From Candidatus Micrarchaeota archaeon (GTDB lineage: Archaea; Micrarchaeota; Micrarchaeia; Norongarragalinales; UBA8480), in assembly GCA_043805855.1 (NCBI GenBank), contig JAZDHP010000045.1, forward strand, positions 1-28,160: a DNA stretch of 28,160 nt, in the 5' to 3' direction. The notes under the pieces were generated by a model that had not been told where the DNA came from, searched no databases, and saw only the letters and a list, made by a program, of their open reading frames with translations. Both the position numbers and the translations under genes were made by a program. Positions 25,484-28,160 of the stretch are shown one piece after another (position 1 is the stretch's first letter; each line of letters begins with the position of its first letter).

Positions 25484-25578
25484 TACAGTGATAGGAGGAA
25501 TGCTTCCTTTCAGTCGTTTTTTTGGCGACTGAAAGCACCTTTTCTCAAAAGGGGCTTTCCTGAACTATCCCTGCATTT
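25484..25578 (-). repeat. Intron-like double-hairpin element upstream of tRNA-Leu, with a duplicated tRNA 5' end
   Basis: CTATCCCTGCATTT (+) at 25470-25483 and 25565-25578; internal GAAAGC-C-CCTTTT/AAAAGG-T-GCTTTC and CAGTCG/CGACTG hairpins. Confidence 0.75.
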
Positions 25579-25736
25579 CTGCGTTTATGCTATTTTCGCG
25601 CGTATCTTTTTGGGATATTGTGTTTTTTATAATCGTGGGTAGGTTTTATTTGCTAACTTCAAAAACTCGTTTAACCGCCACATTTCTAAATATTGGCTAC
25701 GTTATTTAGCTTATATAAAGATTGGTGGTTATTTTC

Positions 25737-27029
25737 ATGAAACGCACTTTGTCAAGAGAAGTTAAAAAATTCAACGGAAAACAAGTAACGTGTTCTGGTT
25801 GGGTACAAACCATTCGTGATGTTGGTGCGCTTGTTTTTGTTATACTACGCGACCGTACTGGTTACTTGCAATTAATTTGCAAAAACGCCGCGGCCGAAGA
25901 GGCGCGCAAGCTAAGTTTAGAAAGTTCCATAACCGTCAGCGGAGTTGTGAAAGTCGACGAAAAGATAAAAATGGGCGGCGTAGAGCTACAAGTTGAAAAA
26001 TTAACACTAGTCGCTGGTTCACTTCCAAAATTACCTGTAGACGTTGCTGGAAAGACGGAAACTAATTTCGAGCACCGTTTTGACCACCGTGTGATTGACT
26101 TGCGCCGCGAGGAACCACAAGCTATATTCGCCGTGCAGTCAACTTTGTGCAGCGCGTTTCGCGAAATTTTAAACAAAGAAGGGTTTACTGAAATTCACAC
26201 GCCGAAAATAATTGCAACTGGAACAGAAGGCGGCACGCAAATGTTTCCAGTGAAGTATTTCGAGCGCGAAGCATTCCTTGCCCAGAGCCCGCAATTTTAT
26301 AAACAAATGTTAGTTGGCAGTGGTTTTGAGAGAGTTTTTGAAATAGCGCCTGTATTCCGCGCAGAAGAGCACAACACACCGTGGCACTTAAACGAATATA
26401 TATCGCTTGATTTTGAAATGGGATTTATCCGCGATGAAAAAGAAGTTATCAAGTACAGCGAAAAAGTTTTGAAACACATGTTGAAACGTGTAAAGGAGAA
26501 AAACCCAGGGCAACTCGCGAAGTTCAACAGCGAAATTAAACTACCAGCAAAAATTCCAATTGTAAGTTATTGGCAGTTACCTGAAATTTTCAAGTCAATG
26601 GACAAGCCATTTGAACCCAAACAAGATTTGTCATGCGAACACGAAGCAACGCTATGTAAATACGCTGAAGAAAAGTTCAACTCGCACTTCATTTATGTTA
26701 ATAATTATCCAGTTGAACTACGGCCAGCTTACACACAACCTCACAGCCGTAAAGGTTACTCGCGCGGTTTTGACTTGCTGTTCGATGGTGTTGAAATTGT
26801 TTCTGGCGGGCAACGCGTCCACGATCCAGTGCTATTAGAAAAGCAATTCGCTGCAAAAGGGTTCAACGTGAAAGATTTTGAATTCTACTTTGAAGGTTTC
26901 CGATACGGCATGCCACCACACGGAGGGCAAGCTTTTGGACTAGAACGCCTCACGGCTAGGTTATTGAAATTAAACAACGTGCGCGAAGCAACTTTCTTCC
27001 CACGCGATAGAAACAGAGTCACACCTTAA
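25737..27029 (+). CDS. aspS: Aspartyl-tRNA synthetase (archaeal type)
   Basis: OB-fold GWVQTIRD...[58 protein letters not shown]. Confidence 0.96.
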   Translation: MKRTLSREVKKFNGKQVTCSGWVQTIRDVGALVFVILRDRTGYLQLICKNAAAEEARKLSLESSITVSGVVKVDEKIKMGGVELQVEKLTLVAGSLPKLPVDVAGKTETNFEHRFDHRVIDLRREEPQAIFAVQSTLCSAFREILNKEGFTEIHTPKIIATGTEGGTQMFPVKYFEREAFLAQSPQFYKQMLVGSGFERVFEIAPVFRAEEHNTPWHLNEYISLDFEMGFIRDEKEVIKYSEKVLKHMLKRVKEKNPGQLAKFNSEIKLPAKIPIVSYWQLPEIFKSMDKPFEPKQDLSCEHEATLCKYAEEKFNSHFIYVNNYPVELRPAYTQPHSRKGYSRGFDLLFDGVEIVSGGQRVHDPVLLEKQFAAKGFNVKDFEFYFEGFRYGMPPHGGQAFGLERLTARLLKLNNVREATFFPRDRNRVTP

Positions 27030-27049
27030 CTTGAGGTTAGGTTTTTTCT

Positions 27050-28090
27050 TTAGGCTACGTTAGCAACTGCCGCTGCGCGTTTAGCTTTCAATACCTTTAC
27101 AACAATTGCAGTTATGTTGTCAGTGCCGCCGTTTTGGTTGGCAGTGCGCACTAGCATTTGGACCGTAGAATTGTGCGTTGCCTTGTTATCTGCGTAGCGT
27201 TTCAATGCAATTTGAATCCCGGAATCTGGAACGTGCTTGTTCAAACCATCACTGCACAACATGAACACATCATTGGGTTTAACGTCAACTTCTTTAACCT
27301 CTGGTTTAAAGTCACGCTCATTTTCCATTCCAATTGCTTGGGTTATGACATTTTGATAGTCGGGATGTTGGTGGTCAGTTGTCAATTGTTCCAATTTTCC
27401 ATCGCGCAGGCGGTATACTCTAGTGTCTCCAACGTGTACAATGTGCCCGCTTTTTTCAGTTAAATGCAATGCGGTTAACGTCGTGCCCATATTAGAGCTA
27501 TTACTAGCTTGCGCGTCGCGCACTTGACTTTGTGCTTGGGTAAACGCCCCGCGTAGCGACGTAACCTTTTTTGAATCAAAATTTTTTACAACTTGATGAA
27601 CCGCAATTTGCGCTGCAACTTCACCATATCCATGCCCGCCCATTCCATCTGCAACTACAAAAAGGCCGCGCGATGGATCTATTGCAAATCTATCTTCGTT
27701 ATTTTTCCGTACAAGCCCAACCTGTGTTTCGCCAGCGTGTTCAAGCTCAAAAAGCGGCGCAGGCGGCTTAGGCTCTAGAAATTCAACAAGCGCTTGTTTA
27801 GATGCACTGTGCCTAAGTAAAAGTTCAACTGCATCCCTGTGCTTTCCCGCAACGTGCAACTCAACTGCTTTTGGCAGTAATTGTTTTAATAGCATCTGAC
27901 GGTGTGGTTCTTCTGGTTTGTCTCCAAAGCCACTGAATTGCGTTCCAATTTGCCTTAATTCCTCTCGCGTTACAGTGCCTGCAGTATGCATTTGTTTAAA
28001 ACCAGCAAGCAACGGGCGCGGTAGCCAACCCCAGCGGGGCATGCCAATTTCTTTATCGTAAAAGTGTCTTGTTTCTTCACTAATTGCCAT
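27050..28090 (-). CDS. PP2C/PPM Ser/Thr phosphatase (PrpC/Stp1-like) with an N-terminal extension
   Basis: GLVRKNNED, VVADGMGGH, MGTTL, HVGDTR, TTDH, CSDGL, GGTDNIT. Confidence 0.93.
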   Translation of the reverse strand: MAISEETRHFYDKEIGMPRWGWLPRPLLAGFKQMHTAGTVTREELRQIGTQFSGFGDKPEEPHRQMLLKQLLPKAVELHVAGKHRDAVELLLRHSASKQALVEFLEPKPPAPLFELEHAGETQVGLVRKNNEDRFAIDPSRGLFVVADGMGGHGYGEVAAQIAVHQVVKNFDSKKVTSLRGAFTQAQSQVRDAQASNSSNMGTTLTALHLTEKSGHIVHVGDTRVYRLRDGKLEQLTTDHQHPDYQNVITQAIGMENERDFKPEVKEVDVKPNDVFMLCSDGLNKHVPDSGIQIALKRYADNKATHNSTVQMLVRTANQNGGTDNITAIVVKVLKAKRAAAVANVA

Positions 28091-28160
28091 GAATATCTCT
28101 TGCGCAAAACAAGAATAAAAACCAAAGGTACTGTAAAGGCGCCAAAGAAACCACTAGCTT

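Noticed and set aside
6056..25578. Dispersed CTTTTCTTT repeats as a CRISPR array
   Set aside because: Not regularly spaced, no spacer array, no cas genes.

Overview
Archaeal chromosomal segment, most consistent with a DPANN lineage such as Micrarchaeota/Diapherotrites (an inference from gene content, short divergent proteins and multi-intron tRNAs). Housekeeping genes: uL1-uL10-P1, adk, PIN-rpoE1-spt4-eS24-eS31, kae1-sua5-like-bud32, eL41, hel308, carS, secF-secD and aspS. Accessory genes: two GNATs, a VapBC-like pair with a truncated toxin, a Nudix, HExxH and transglutaminase-like proteins, a PP2C, and an AbiE-like pair in a small island at tRNA-Leu. The most striking signal is non-coding. 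Three minus-strand tRNA genes (Lys-TTT, Gln-CTG, Leu-TAA) carry seven BHB-type introns at positions 15/16, 37/38 and 59/60. Five of the introns share one ~60-nt module: a CTTTTCTT/AAGAAAAG hairpin followed by an A-rich tract, which in four copies is an exact purine mirror repeat across a 7-nt spacer. Related multi-hairpin elements also stand free in intergenic DNA, some flanked by target-like duplications. Together these suggest a family of small mobile structured elements that become tRNA introns. No mobilising enzyme is visible in the window.
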